Part shown: positions 49,793 through 58,754 of the stretch, one piece after another
How the letters are laid out: every line of letters starts with the position of its first letter
Position numbering within the stretch: position 1 is the stretch's first letter
IMG/VR virus record: IMGVR_UViG_3300042502_001710
Location: 12,966 to 76,965 of that record
Direction: 5' to 3' (one strand)
DNA: 64,000 nucleotides
DNA from: a virus
Made by a program: the position numbers and the translations under genes
Notes under the pieces: generated by a model
The model's database searches: none
What the model saw: only the letters and a program-made list of their open reading frames with translations
What the model was told of the DNA's origin: nothing

Positions 49793-50862
49793 AATCCTAA
49801 ATCTCCAAAATCCATGCTGTCTATATCGTTTTTACTTGCACCAATCTTATAAGATGTTATTTCGTGTTCTTGAGGTGCGACCTGAACACTTTCACTTTGC
49901 ATCCAAGCTTGAGTCCATCCAGCCACTGGGTTTTTACCAACATTGTCGTAAGGTAGACCAATAGCCTTTCTTCTTGACATACATAGCCAATCAATGTATT
50001 GATGCAGAACGGTTTCATTGAGACCTATGATAGATCCATCTTTGAACAAGTAAGACGCCCATTCTTTTTCTTCATTTGCTGCATTTTCAAACATTTTTGT
50101 GGCAGCTTCTCGGCATTCATATGCAGTTTGAATAAAACCCTCTGATTCTTCCGTGTGTAGAATCTTTAGGATTTGCTGTGTGTTCATCAAATGCAGAGCT
50201 TCATCTCTCTTTATGAGTTTGATGATGTCAGCGTTTCCAGCCATCTTTTTGTTTTCAGCAAAAGCAAAACTACAAACAAAACTGACATAGAAACGAATAG
50301 CCTCCAAAATATTTATACTGATGATAGTCATGTATATTTGTTTTTTGATATCAGACTTTTTATCTGTACAACACGCCATACCCATCAGATTATTATAGTC
50401 TGAGATAGCGGTATTCGCACGTTTAATAATCTCTTTATCTTCATAAATTCCTTCAAAAACTTCTGAAGAGTCAGAGTATACATTCTGAATAATGTAGCTA
50501 TAACTTTGAGAGTGAATTTTCTCAAAGAATTGCCAAGTCATCAAACACGCCTCTAGCTCAGTGTTCGTGACAAACTCAAGAAGGGTTGGAACTCCACGGC
50601 AGATCACACTGTCGAGCATTGTTTGATATTTAAGATTGGATGTGAAAATGAATTTTTCATTGTCACTCATCTGCTTAAAATCTCCCCTGTCTCTCTTTAG
50701 TTCAATTTCTTCTGGTCTCCAGAAGTTCATCATTTGCTTGCTGTCAAGCTCTTTGAAGATAGGATATTTGATGATGTCATATCTTTGTACGCCAAGATCT
50801 TGTCCAAGAAACAATGGCTGAGTCATTGGGTCAACGTTTTTGAGATTAAAAATTGTTTTCAT
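49789..50862 (-). CDS. nrdB: Ribonucleotide reductase class Ia beta subunit
   Basis: FWRPEEI, LDSV, EKIHSQSY, LEAIRFYVSF, RDEALH, APQEHEITSY. Confidence 0.93.
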   Translation of the reverse strand: MKTIFNLKNVDPMTQPLFLGQDLGVQRYDIIKYPIFKELDSKQMMNFWRPEEIELKRDRGDFKQMSDNEKFIFTSNLKYQTMLDSVICRGVPTLLEFVTNTELEACLMTWQFFEKIHSQSYSYIIQNVYSDSSEVFEGIYEDKEIIKRANTAISDYNNLMGMACCTDKKSDIKKQIYMTIISINILEAIRFYVSFVCSFAFAENKKMAGNADIIKLIKRDEALHLMNTQQILKILHTEESEGFIQTAYECREAATKMFENAANEEKEWASYLFKDGSIIGLNETVLHQYIDWLCMSRRKAIGLPYDNVGKNPVAGWTQAWMQSESVQVAPQEHEITSYKIGASKNDIDSMDFGDLGL

Positions 50863-51514
50863 TCAAATCCTTTGCGTTACTAGTTGTTCGTATACCTTTT
50901 ATAAGGTTATCTTCCGCCCACAATGGTTGAAGATTGCTGTAATGAAAACACTGTTTTTGCTGCTCTGGATCATACATGTCGAACGAGGCGCAGGGTTTTA
51001 TATGATCGACATGCCACTTTCCGTAGTTTTCTTTTGTCATTCCCTCTTGAAACATAGATTCTAAATGTTCCCACAGTTGGCTGACATCACATCCTAACAG
51101 CCTCATGGTATGGTCCGATTTAGTGGTCCCCTTCAGTGCTCCGTATAACCTAGATCTCAAGTTAGATATCAATCTGTAATTGAGATTATTACTGAATCTA
51201 TCTCGTTCGTAAGCCTTTCTTCTCTCGAAGACATCGGGCTTAGAAGAATACTTTTTATTTCTGGCTCTAGACAAAATTCTAGCCGTTTCAGTTCTACTAT
51301 ACTCAGCTTTTATTGCCTTGCCGTGTTCTGAGTTGTCATAACGCTTCCTTCTTTTTTTAGCCATTTCTTTTTGTTCCGGGGTAGACGTTTCTGCCTTTCG
51401 GCAGTCTTTACAACGCCCTCTAAATCCGTCTTTAGACCTTCTATCTTTCCCAAAACATAAAATGGACTTATTCTCTTGACAACTGGCGCAGAACTTAAAT
51501 GCTACATGCTCCAC
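50846..51514 (-). CDS. HNH (beta-beta-alpha-Me) endonuclease with N-terminal zinc finger, putative homing endonuclease
   Basis: CASC...CKDC; WHVDHIKPC...HYSNLQPLWAEDN; likely GTG start at 51514 inside the nrdA 3' end. Confidence 0.8.
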   Translation of the reverse strand: MEHVAFKFCASCQENKSILCFGKDRRSKDGFRGRCKDCRKAETSTPEQKEMAKKRRKRYDNSEHGKAIKAEYSRTETARILSRARNKKYSSKPDVFERRKAYERDRFSNNLNYRLISNLRSRLYGALKGTTKSDHTMRLLGCDVSQLWEHLESMFQEGMTKENYGKWHVDHIKPCASFDMYDPEQQKQCFHYSNLQPLWAEDNLIKGIRTTSNAKDLNENNF

Positions 51515-52559
51515 CGATACACCCCCCTTCTTCTTCTCCCAACATCTCATTATGTTCTTTGTCTCCATCCGGAGTATTGGCATAATAGAAGTTTTTTAGA
51601 CCATATTTATAACCGTAAATCTGATCTTTGATCAACACGCTGAGAGGAATGTTTCCATCTGCATAATGAGAATAATTGTAATATAAATTAGTGCTCATGC
51701 TCATGTCAACAAACTTTTGAATCACGGCGGCTATATTAAGAATAGACTTATTGTCTTTTATGTCCCAAGCTATTGTGTAGTAATTCTTTCGACTGTGATA
51801 GTTTGGAACAAGCTGCTTGAGAACACCGTTCTTGGCCTTTTTGTGGATCAATAAGCTTCTGACTGGTTCTATTCCGTTGGTGCTGTTTTGAATGACAGAA
51901 CTACTTTCGCAAGGCATAATAGCAGATAAAGTAGAATTGCGAAGACCATGTTTCTTGACTCTTTCACGTAAACCCTCCCAGTCCATATTGTATTTAGGTT
52001 CAACAAGCTCATCGACCGTTTTCTTATACCAATCAATTGGTAGCAAGCCTTGAGAATATTTCGTATCTTTAAACTTTGGACAAGGCCCAAGAGATTCAGC
52101 TAATTCACAACTAGCGTTTATCAAATGCCATTGTATTTGCTCCATCGTTTCATGAACAAGTTTCAATGCAGCTTCATCGTTATAAGATAGCTTATTCTTT
52201 GCTAGAAAACCAGCTAAATTAGTGATTCCAATACCAAGAGAACGTCTGTTCTTTGTGAAAGTTTCGCCAGCCAAGATTGGATACTCTTGATATTCTATCA
52301 CAGAATCCAAAGTCTGTACGGCGATTCTGCAAGCTAATTCAATATCTTTCTCATTGTTCAACTCTAGCAGGTTGAGTGCCGATAAAATGCAGATACCTAT
52401 TTCACCTTTTGGATCACTTATGGATTCGATTGGAACCGTGGGGTGTATAATTTCTTGGCAATTGCTTACCAAAACCCCATTGGCATAAAAGTTGTGATTA
52501 TGCTTAACAGTAACGTCAAATACCTTTTCGACATTATTAAGCTTATTGATTTTTAGCAT
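51495..52559 (-). CDS. nrdA: Split-intein C-part plus ribonucleotide reductase alpha C-terminal part
   Basis: GVLVSN|CQEI, CILSALNL, RSLGIG, MPCESSS, NGIEP, FYY, terminal CIGGAC. Confidence 0.93.
   Translation of the reverse strand: MLKINKLNNVEKVFDVTVKHNHNFYANGVLVSNCQEIIHPTVPIESISDPKGEIGICILSALNLLELNNEKDIELACRIAVQTLDSVIEYQEYPILAGETFTKNRRSLGIGITNLAGFLAKNKLSYNDEAALKLVHETMEQIQWHLINASCELAESLGPCPKFKDTKYSQGLLPIDWYKKTVDELVEPKYNMDWEGLRERVKKHGLRNSTLSAIMPCESSSVIQNSTNGIEPVRSLLIHKKAKNGVLKQLVPNYHSRKNYYTIAWDIKDNKSILNIAAVIQKFVDMSMSTNLYYNYSHYADGNIPLSVLIKDQIYGYKYGLKNFYYANTPDGDKEHNEMLGEEEGGCIGGACSI
52461..52559 (-). mobile_element. Split intein C-fragment (33 aa)
   Basis: Block F VFDVTV..NHNFYANG, terminal SN, followed by Cys+1. 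Confidence 0.9.
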
Positions 52560-53229
52560 TTTTCTCGTTTCTCTGTTTAATAGTGTTACTAATTTTTAAA
52601 TTGACTTCTTCGTTGTATCTTTCATCTTTAGTCAGAGCGAACGAATCTTTATTGTGGTCAATACCGTTTTTTGATAAAAATTTCTTGAATGACTCTAAAA
52701 AGTTTTGATAACCTCCTCCAAAACGATACTTGGTATATGTTAGTGGCAATCCGTTTTCTTTCGAGTATTCAGTCCATCTAGCACGTATCAGACGGTTGTC
52801 ATTGCTCTTAAAAAAACTCATAGCGTACTCAAGAATTTCTTCGTTGGAAATGGCATTGGCATTAGGATTCTTCTTTCCTTTAGACCTTTTTGAAATCTTC
52901 TGCTTCCATTGGTTTAGCTTATGATCTGGAACGCACCATCCACCAACTCCTCCTTGACTTTCATTGTATCCATTTGCGATAGAGTCGTTTTCTTTAATAA
53001 ATTCTTTTTCCAATCGTAGAGCCTCTTCCTGAGACTCGCATTTGGAGAGTGTTTCAAATAGGCAATCAGAAATGCCATACAATCGGATAGCTCTATACAA
53101 GTGACTATCAATCCCAGCTATGGAGTTCAGATAATGTTTATGTATTCGCTCTGTTGGACTCTTGCTGGTCATACCAATGTATGTCTTTAGCGTCGTTTTG
53201 AAGGTAATTTTGTAGACGTAGTGTAGCAT
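52543..53229 (-). CDS. Free-standing GIY-YIG homing endonuclease
   Basis: YVY-x-YIG, R..H, 'LYRAIRLYG', E, 'GYNESQGG'; likely start MLHYVY after GGAGA. Confidence 0.85.
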   Translation of the reverse strand: MLHYVYKITFKTTLKTYIGMTSKSPTERIHKHYLNSIAGIDSHLYRAIRLYGISDCLFETLSKCESQEEALRLEKEFIKENDSIANGYNESQGGVGGWCVPDHKLNQWKQKISKRSKGKKNPNANAISNEEILEYAMSFFKSNDNRLIRARWTEYSKENGLPLTYTKYRFGGGYQNFLESFKKFLSKNGIDHNKDSFALTKDERYNEEVNLKISNTIKQRNEKNAKNQ

Positions 53230-53266
53230 GATCAATCTCCGCATGTAGGAATAGAAATTATCTATC

Positions 53267-53280
53267 CTATAATACACAAA
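53267..53280 (-). promoter_or_regulatory. Candidate phage promoter for the GIY-YIG gene and nrdA-C
   Basis: TTTGTGTATTATAG, 13/14 identical to 10413-10426. Confidence 0.4.
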
Positions 53281-54897
53281 TCATTCCATTATCTGCAATT
53301 CGTCCGTCTCTTCTAAGTCTTTCGCCATTACGTATCCACGGTTTTTGGTATAGATTTTATGATCTGGAGTACATTTTACGACAAAGCCAGACTCTAGATC
53401 TGTAACCTCCAGAATTTCCGCACTTTCATTCATCATTGCGGCGTCAGATATCAATTCAAAGCTATCTAAACCATCTTTTGAAGATAGAATTTTAACTTCC
53501 TTGCCATATTCAACTAGCTGCACTACCTCCTCCATAGAGATTGTACACAATTGCCCTTCCACGTCAACCATCACGGATGTATCTCCGGTTACGCATAAAT
53601 TAGACATATAGCATGGTATATTCCACGATCCATGCTCATTGGCATTGTCAATATTCATTGAATAAATTCGACCAGTTTCAAGTCTTTCGCGAGCAAAAAT
53701 TTCTGCCAATTTTCTGGCTGATATCTTCTTCTTAAACTTTAAAGATCTAGAATTTTCATACTTTAAATAAAGCTCTTCAAACTTCTTGTTGTCACCAAAA
53801 GCTTCGTATAATCCTTTTGCTTCATGAGGACTAAACAGGGTGATATCTTGATTTGCAATCAGACGATCATAAAATAATTTACAAAATTGAATTGAGTAGT
53901 CTAATTTTCGCACACGGTTATCGTCAGTTCCAGCGTTATTTTTAAGAACCAAGACATCTTCAATCTCGTAGTGCCAAAATGGAATATGGGCGGTCGCTGA
54001 CCCTCCCCTTAGGCCATTTTGACTTGTAGATTTTACTGCTGATTCGAAGTTTTTTAGGAATGGAATGACGCCAGTGTGAATAACTTCTCCTCCTCTGATT
54101 GGAGAGTTGATCGGTCTGATTCTTCCTATATTTAGACCGATACCAGCTCTTCTGGCTGTATACTTGCCAACAGCGTGGATGCTAGAAAAAATACCGTCTA
54201 TATCATCATTCACGTCAACAAGAACACAGCTTGCAAACTGACGGGTATTGGTTCTGACTCCAGCCATGATAGGAGTAGGCAGGTTGATCTTGAACGTAGA
54301 GTAGCAATCGTAGGCACGTTTTACACCCTCTAACGAATCAAACAGGCACATAGCGATACACATATAGGCGTACTGAGGTGTTTCATAGATAACACCGGTG
54401 CTTCTGTTTTTGACAAGATATTTATCAATCAGTTGTTGTAATCCAGCGTATGTAAAAAAATCGTCACGAGAGTGATTTATGTACATTCCAAGATTACGTA
54501 CCTTGTGATACGGATCATTTGGCTTAGTATCATCGATCCATTTGTTTAAAAGGTAATCGTGATAGATACCATTGTCTACGTTCCTTTGTAGGAACAGCGT
54601 AAAGTCCGTTGGGATGTCGCCGCAGCCCCATACTTCTTTTCTCAGTTGCATATTTAGCAGTCTAGCCGCAACATACTGATAATTTGGACTTTGCGTTGAG
54701 ATTAAATCATTTGCCGATTTAATTAAAATCTGGTGAATCTCTGAGCTTAACATTCCGTCGTAAAGAGATAGATTAGCATTCATTTCTACCTCAGAAAAAC
54801 TTACACCGTTGATGTCTTTGGTAGCCCACTCAAGAACCTTATGAATTTTTTCTACAGAAAAATTTTCCTTATCTCCATTACGTTTTGTAACTTGCAT
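53281..54897 (-). CDS. nrdA: Ribonucleotide reductase alpha N-terminal part plus split-intein N-part
   Basis: ATP cone (VTKRNG), ETPQ, PTP, ASCVL, QNGLRGGS, MSNL|CVTGDT. Confidence 0.93.
   Translation of the reverse strand: MQVTKRNGDKENFSVEKIHKVLEWATKDINGVSFSEVEMNANLSLYDGMLSSEIHQILIKSANDLISTQSPNYQYVAARLLNMQLRKEVWGCGDIPTDFTLFLQRNVDNGIYHDYLLNKWIDDTKPNDPYHKVRNLGMYINHSRDDFFTYAGLQQLIDKYLVKNRSTGVIYETPQYAYMCIAMCLFDSLEGVKRAYDCYSTFKINLPTPIMAGVRTNTRQFASCVLVDVNDDIDGIFSSIHAVGKYTARRAGIGLNIGRIRPINSPIRGGEVIHTGVIPFLKNFESAVKSTSQNGLRGGSATAHIPFWHYEIEDVLVLKNNAGTDDNRVRKLDYSIQFCKLFYDRLIANQDITLFSPHEAKGLYEAFGDNKKFEELYLKYENSRSLKFKKKISARKLAEIFARERLETGRIYSMNIDNANEHGSWNIPCYMSNLCVTGDTSVMVDVEGQLCTISMEEVVQLVEYGKEVKILSSKDGLDSFELISDAAMMNESAEILEVTDLESGFVVKCTPDHKIYTKNRGYVMAKDLEETDELQIME
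53284..53595 (-). mobile_element. Split intein N-fragment (104 aa)
   Basis: Block A CVTGDT; block B VKCTPDHKIYT; ends AKDLEETDEL then stop. Confidence 0.9.
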
Positions 54898-54946
54898 TTT
54901 CTTCCTTGTTTTAAATAGTTGAATAGTGACCACAATCGGGTAATCT

Positions 54947-54975
54947 ATTATAGTCTGATAGGCGTGATTTGTCTG
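54947..54975 (-). promoter_or_regulatory. Sigma70-like promoter for nrdA
   Basis: CAGACA-17 bp-TATAAT just downstream of a terminator. Confidence 0.45.
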
Positions 54976-54985
54976 TACAATTTCT

Positions 54986-55026
54986 AAAAAAAATCCCCCC
55001 GCAATACATTATTACGGAGGGGTTTT
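54986..55026 (-). terminator. Rho-independent terminator
   Basis: Minus strand CCCCTCCGTAAT-AATGT-ATTGCGGGGGG plus T-run. Confidence 0.75.
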
Positions 55027-55027
55027 A

Positions 55028-55204
55028 TCAGTTTTCTTTTTGAACAACACTAAGCTCAATTCCTTCACCTATATGAACTATCATTACTTTTTTACCGTCT
55101 TTTATTGTGAATTCAACTTTTTCCAAAAGCTCTTTTGCTTTGTCTATGTCTTTTTCTTTTATGCCGACTCTAGAGAGCAACGCCTTGAGAATGTCATCTA
55201 TCAT
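55028..55204 (-). CDS. Small hypothetical protein
   Basis: Likely start MIDD overlapping the upstream stop. Confidence 0.5.
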   Translation of the reverse strand: MIDDILKALLSRVGIKEKDIDKAKELLEKVEFTIKDGKKVMIVHIGEGIELSVVQKEN

Positions 55205-55662
55205 TGTTTGACACCCCAAGATAAAGCATTTAAAGTTTGAACAAGCTTTTCACGTTTAGAGCTATCTAACGATACGCTTTCTTTACCAATTGACTGAACA
55301 ATAACGTTGTCAATATCCTCGCCTAGATTTTCATATTTATCTTTTAACTTTGTGTTAAAGTATAATGCTCCAGCAAACATATTAAACTTTCTGAATTGCT
55401 CGGTCGTCTGAATAAACTCTTTATCTGTGTTTATTATGTCAGCCATCTCTGAGTAAAAATAAAACAATAAATCTGAATCTTCAGAACTGAAGCTCGTTTC
55501 AACCACTGGCTGCACCAGAGTTTTATATTCTATTGAAGGCTCATCTACTTTGACTGTAGTTTTTGCTGGACTTATATTTTTGATTGCATCAAATGCTGAT
55601 TCACCAAAAATACCAATCACGCAGAGTGCTGATGCTAATAATAACTTTATTTTTTTATTCAT
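55201..55662 (-). CDS. Secreted or membrane-anchored helical protein
   Basis: N-terminal MNKKIKLLLASALCVIGIF. Confidence 0.6.
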   Translation of the reverse strand: MNKKIKLLLASALCVIGIFGESAFDAIKNISPAKTTVKVDEPSIEYKTLVQPVVETSFSSEDSDLLFYFYSEMADIINTDKEFIQTTEQFRKFNMFAGALYFNTKLKDKYENLGEDIDNVIVQSIGKESVSLDSSKREKLVQTLNALSWGVKQ

Positions 55663-55996
55663 TTGAATGTCCTCTTACGTCTATGGTTTGTTCAACCTTC
55701 ACAAGCAAAGGAAAAATCTTTTCAAGCTCATTGTAAGCTTGCATCAAGTTATTTTTCTTGCATTGAGACATTAAATTTTCCCACACAATAACCATCTGAG
55801 TTAGCTCTGAGATCGTGGATATGTTGTCTACACTCGACTCTTTCTCAACTTCTTGCTCAACATCTTTCTCAATAGATGGCTCTGGTTTATTTGATGGCTG
55901 CTTCCTTTTGAAAAAATCCTTTGGAATTTCACCCAAAATAACACTGCCTCCTAAAACGACCCCTAAACCAACCACAACCATTTGAAATACTGTCAT
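55655..55996 (-). CDS. Membrane-anchored protein
   Basis: N-terminal hydrophobic segment. Confidence 0.6.
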   Translation of the reverse strand: MTVFQMVVVGLGVVLGGSVILGEIPKDFFKRKQPSNKPEPSIEKDVEQEVEKESSVDNISTISELTQMVIVWENLMSQCKKNNLMQAYNELEKIFPLLVKVEQTIDVRGHSNE

Positions 55997-56349
55997 TGTT
56001 TTTTCTCCGCTTCATTGAATATGCAACTTAATTCCTGTCCCGATAAACCCTTAGAAACTTCTATCATAGATTTGTAGACTGAGTCACGATCTTTTTTAGA
56101 TTTCCATTTCTTTTTAATATTTCTGTGCAATAGTAGTTTATACATCACGGAAGGATTCTTTATTTCATCGAATAAATCTTCCTTGTTCTTGCTTCTATTG
56201 CATTCATATATAAATCTTGAAATGTTTATGATCAAGCCTGCGATAGCAATGATAAAGAATGGATCAATGCTGTAATTTTCATCACCTGAAAATCTATGGG
56301 CCGCAACCTTCCTCGCTATTTCATTTAACTCTTCATTTTCTTGATTCAT
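55993..56349 (-). CDS. Hypothetical protein with one hydrophobic helix
   Basis: DPFFIIAIAGLIINI. Confidence 0.55.
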   Translation of the reverse strand: MNQENEELNEIARKVAAHRFSGDENYSIDPFFIIAIAGLIINISRFIYECNRSKNKEDLFDEIKNPSVMYKLLLHRNIKKKWKSKKDRDSVYKSMIEVSKGLSGQELSCIFNEAEKKQ

Positions 56350-56921
56350 TGAACACCCAATCCTTCAATCATCTCTTTTACGCCCTTAGAATCAATAAAC
56401 CCTATTTTCTTAGAAATGATTTTATCAAAAACGTTTGACTTGATCAACAGTATTGTTGGATATCTCGTAATCTTGTAATAAGAAAGATATTTCTTATTTT
56501 CTGCATCTTCTTCGTTTATAAAGACGAGTTTTATTTTTTTGCTGTCCATCAATTCTCTAAGATCTTTATCTTCCCAAGTAGTCTTTTTCATTAGTCTGCA
56601 TGGTGCGCACCACTCAGCACCAATCTGGTAGATATAATATTCTGGATCTTGTGTTGCTACAATAGTATTATCTATAATTGGGTCATTTTTTTGACAAGCC
56701 TTGCATCCGGGACATTCAGTCTTGTGACCGTCACCATGAATGATAAAACCAGAACCATCGCAAAGCTCTTCTTTGTCGTCGTCTGGGGCTTCAACGTTCA
56801 TTAAAAATGATTGAGCTAATCTTGTGGAAACAAAAGCGCGAGCTGGATTTTTGAACTGTTGATCTTGATCGCACCCGTCAAGAAAAAAGAGTAAACATAA
56901 AGCTAATACTTTCTTATACAT
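56346..56921 (-). CDS. Putative lipoprotein with Zn-ribbon-like segment and thioredoxin domain
   Basis: Start MYKKVLALCLLFFLDGC (lipobox-like); CDGSG...CPGC; AEWCAPC; YPT. Confidence 0.78.
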   Translation of the reverse strand: MYKKVLALCLLFFLDGCDQDQQFKNPARAFVSTRLAQSFLMNVEAPDDDKEELCDGSGFIIHGDGHKTECPGCKACQKNDPIIDNTIVATQDPEYYIYQIGAEWCAPCRLMKKTTWEDKDLRELMDSKKIKLVFINEEDAENKKYLSYYKITRYPTILLIKSNVFDKIISKKIGFIDSKGVKEMIEGLGVQ

Positions 56922-56934
56922 CGCAATCTCCATA

Positions 56935-57861
56935 TCATAAAAATGATGATGTGCCATAATCTGGTAGATCTTTAGCTGGGAACCCATCAACATTGCTAAA
57001 AACCCAAGATCCTTGCTCGGCCAACATTCCTCGGGCGTCTTTTTCTCTGATCCAAAAACTACCTTCTGGCTGATCATGAACCCTTGGTCCTGAGTTCCAT
57101 AGACCCCAAGAGTTTTGAACTAAAAATAACATTTCTTTAAATTTACTTTTTGTGTCATCACATGCGATCCAAGCCATTGCATGATTCCAGCCGCTAGATC
57201 TTTCTGCGATACCGTTACCGTCTCTCTTGGAAGAGAATCCATAACCAGAACAAACACTGATAGCGTAACCGTTGGCCAAAGCGTCTCTGGCTTCTTGTAT
57301 GGTTGTTATCATCGATATAGTTTTTACTTGATGTTTTTTAGCTTCGTTGATCCAAATTGACTGAGGAATAGTTTTATTTGCACCAACCTTAGCATTGTAG
57401 GTAGATAAGTCTATTGCTCCATAATTCTTACGCAATAAAATGCCACCTTGTGTGGATACGTATTTAGCCGCATTGGAGCAGGTCATACCTTGACCACTGT
57501 TGGTTCTGCTTTGATAAATGCCTTCTGTGGCACTTCTGGCTTCGAACGATTCAGATTCACCCTGTACATCTATTTCTACTGCTCGGGTGACGTCAACAGC
57601 GTTCCTAGTGGCATGACTTACGCAGTCCCCCGTTTCTTGTCTTTCTGATGGACCAAACTTAGGGTCAAATTTTAAAAGAGACTTGTATGGGAGCGAGAGT
57701 TTTCCTTCTCCCGACCCATACAGTCTGTAAGCAGCGGCTCCAAATAGAGGTGTTTTCAATTCACCCAGCAAAGTCGCCGTTTCTTCTGGATCGCAGATCG
57801 CTCCATTAAAACCTTTTCGATAAGCATTCAGAAGATCTTTTGGCGAATTAAAATCACTCAT
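56935..57861 (-). CDS. Papain-like (C1) cysteine peptidase
   Basis: Q-ETGDC (oxyanion Gln and catalytic Cys), NHAM (His), QNSWG (Asn). Confidence 0.85.
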   Translation of the reverse strand: MSDFNSPKDLLNAYRKGFNGAICDPEETATLLGELKTPLFGAAAYRLYGSGEGKLSLPYKSLLKFDPKFGPSERQETGDCVSHATRNAVDVTRAVEIDVQGESESFEARSATEGIYQSRTNSGQGMTCSNAAKYVSTQGGILLRKNYGAIDLSTYNAKVGANKTIPQSIWINEAKKHQVKTISMITTIQEARDALANGYAISVCSGYGFSSKRDGNGIAERSSGWNHAMAWIACDDTKSKFKEMLFLVQNSWGLWNSGPRVHDQPEGSFWIREKDARGMLAEQGSWVFSNVDGFPAKDLPDYGTSSFL

Positions 57862-57879
57862 TTTGATATTCCTATATAA

Positions 57880-58098
57880 TTACTTCTTGTTGTTGTTTTT
57901 TGCCCACTTCAAAATTGTGTCCAAGCCCATTGCGAGAACTGTGGTGACAAGAGGTGAATACACACCAAAGTCTATAAGTTTTACATTTTCAGCAACCACA
58001 GTCAAAGCGGCTGCTCCACCAACAAGTGCCGCGTTCTTTGCCAAGTTGATCAAATCTCTAGTGTTTAATTGAAAACCATTAGAACCTTCTGTGCTCAT
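57880..58098 (-). CDS. Holin-like small two-TM protein
   Basis: 72 aa, two hydrophobic segments, basic C-terminus KWAKNNNKK. Confidence 0.55.
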   Translation of the reverse strand: MSTEGSNGFQLNTRDLINLAKNAALVGGAAALTVVAENVKLIDFGVYSPLVTTVLAMGLDTILKWAKNNNKK

Positions 58099-58675
58099 TA
58101 CATTCTCCTATTTGGAAAAAATGAATTAAAAAACCTTCGTGAATTGAATGTGCGATTTTATATGGAAAACCAACAAACCTAATTGAGCATCCGTTTACTG
58201 AAACTGTCTCGATATCAATCTTCCGGCACATACTTAAACATGATTTTATTTCAGTGATAAACTCTTCTCTCTGTTTTTCATCAACCACAGAGAACCAGTC
58301 ATGACCTTCAAGAGGTCCAAGATCTAGCGTTTCTGTTTTAAACGCTTCGTTGTACCAAGTCAACCTGCCGTCTTTATCTGTTTCAAACAAACATTGAGAT
58401 GAATAATGCAACGTTGCTTTGGATCTTTGATCAAGAATTTTTTGTCTAATTTCTATTCTATCAACAGTAGATTTTAAATTGTTGATTATATCTTTCATGG
58501 AGCCACCACCATTTGGAGTGACTTCTTGTTTGATTATTTTCAGATGATCTGATATTCGTACTTGCTCATCAAAGAATGCTTTAAACCATTTTGTTATTTT
58601 GCGTATGGTTAAGAAAATAGTACCTGAGGCACCCATGAGCGTTGCTATAGCGGCAGCTTGATCTTGTGAAAGCAT
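58079..58675 (-). CDS. Membrane protein with a PAS domain
   Basis: N-terminal TM, 'PNGGGSMKD' coiled coil, PAS-like 'LFETDKDGRLTWYNEAF...LEGHDWFSVVDEKQRE'. Confidence 0.7.
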   Translation of the reverse strand: MLSQDQAAAIATLMGASGTIFLTIRKITKWFKAFFDEQVRISDHLKIIKQEVTPNGGGSMKDIINNLKSTVDRIEIRQKILDQRSKATLHYSSQCLFETDKDGRLTWYNEAFKTETLDLGPLEGHDWFSVVDEKQREEFITEIKSCLSMCRKIDIETVSVNGCSIRFVGFPYKIAHSIHEGFLIHFFQIGECNEHRRF

Positions 58676-58701
58676 ATTGCAAAACCCCTATGTTAAGACG
58701 T

Positions 58702-58738
58702 AAAACTAGCCCCCAGAGTTATCCAGAGGCTAGTTTTT
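58702..58738 (-). terminator. Rho-independent terminator
   Basis: ACTAGCCTCTGGA-TAAC-TCTGGGGGCTAGT-TTT. Confidence 0.7.
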
Positions 58739-58754
58739 AAGTTAAAAGGTAATT

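Noticed and set aside
53244-53268. Hairpin TAGGATAGA-TAATT-TCTATTCCTA as an RBS-sequestering control of the GIY-YIG gene
   Set aside because: Weak AT-rich stem that ends before the GGAGA RBS
56922-57077. Longer N-terminus of the thioredoxin ORF (likewise the upstream starts for nrdA, guaC, HNH, GIY-YIG and the epimerase)
   Set aside because: Extensions mostly overlap neighbouring genes; downstream starts give an RBS and/or the expected N-terminal motifs
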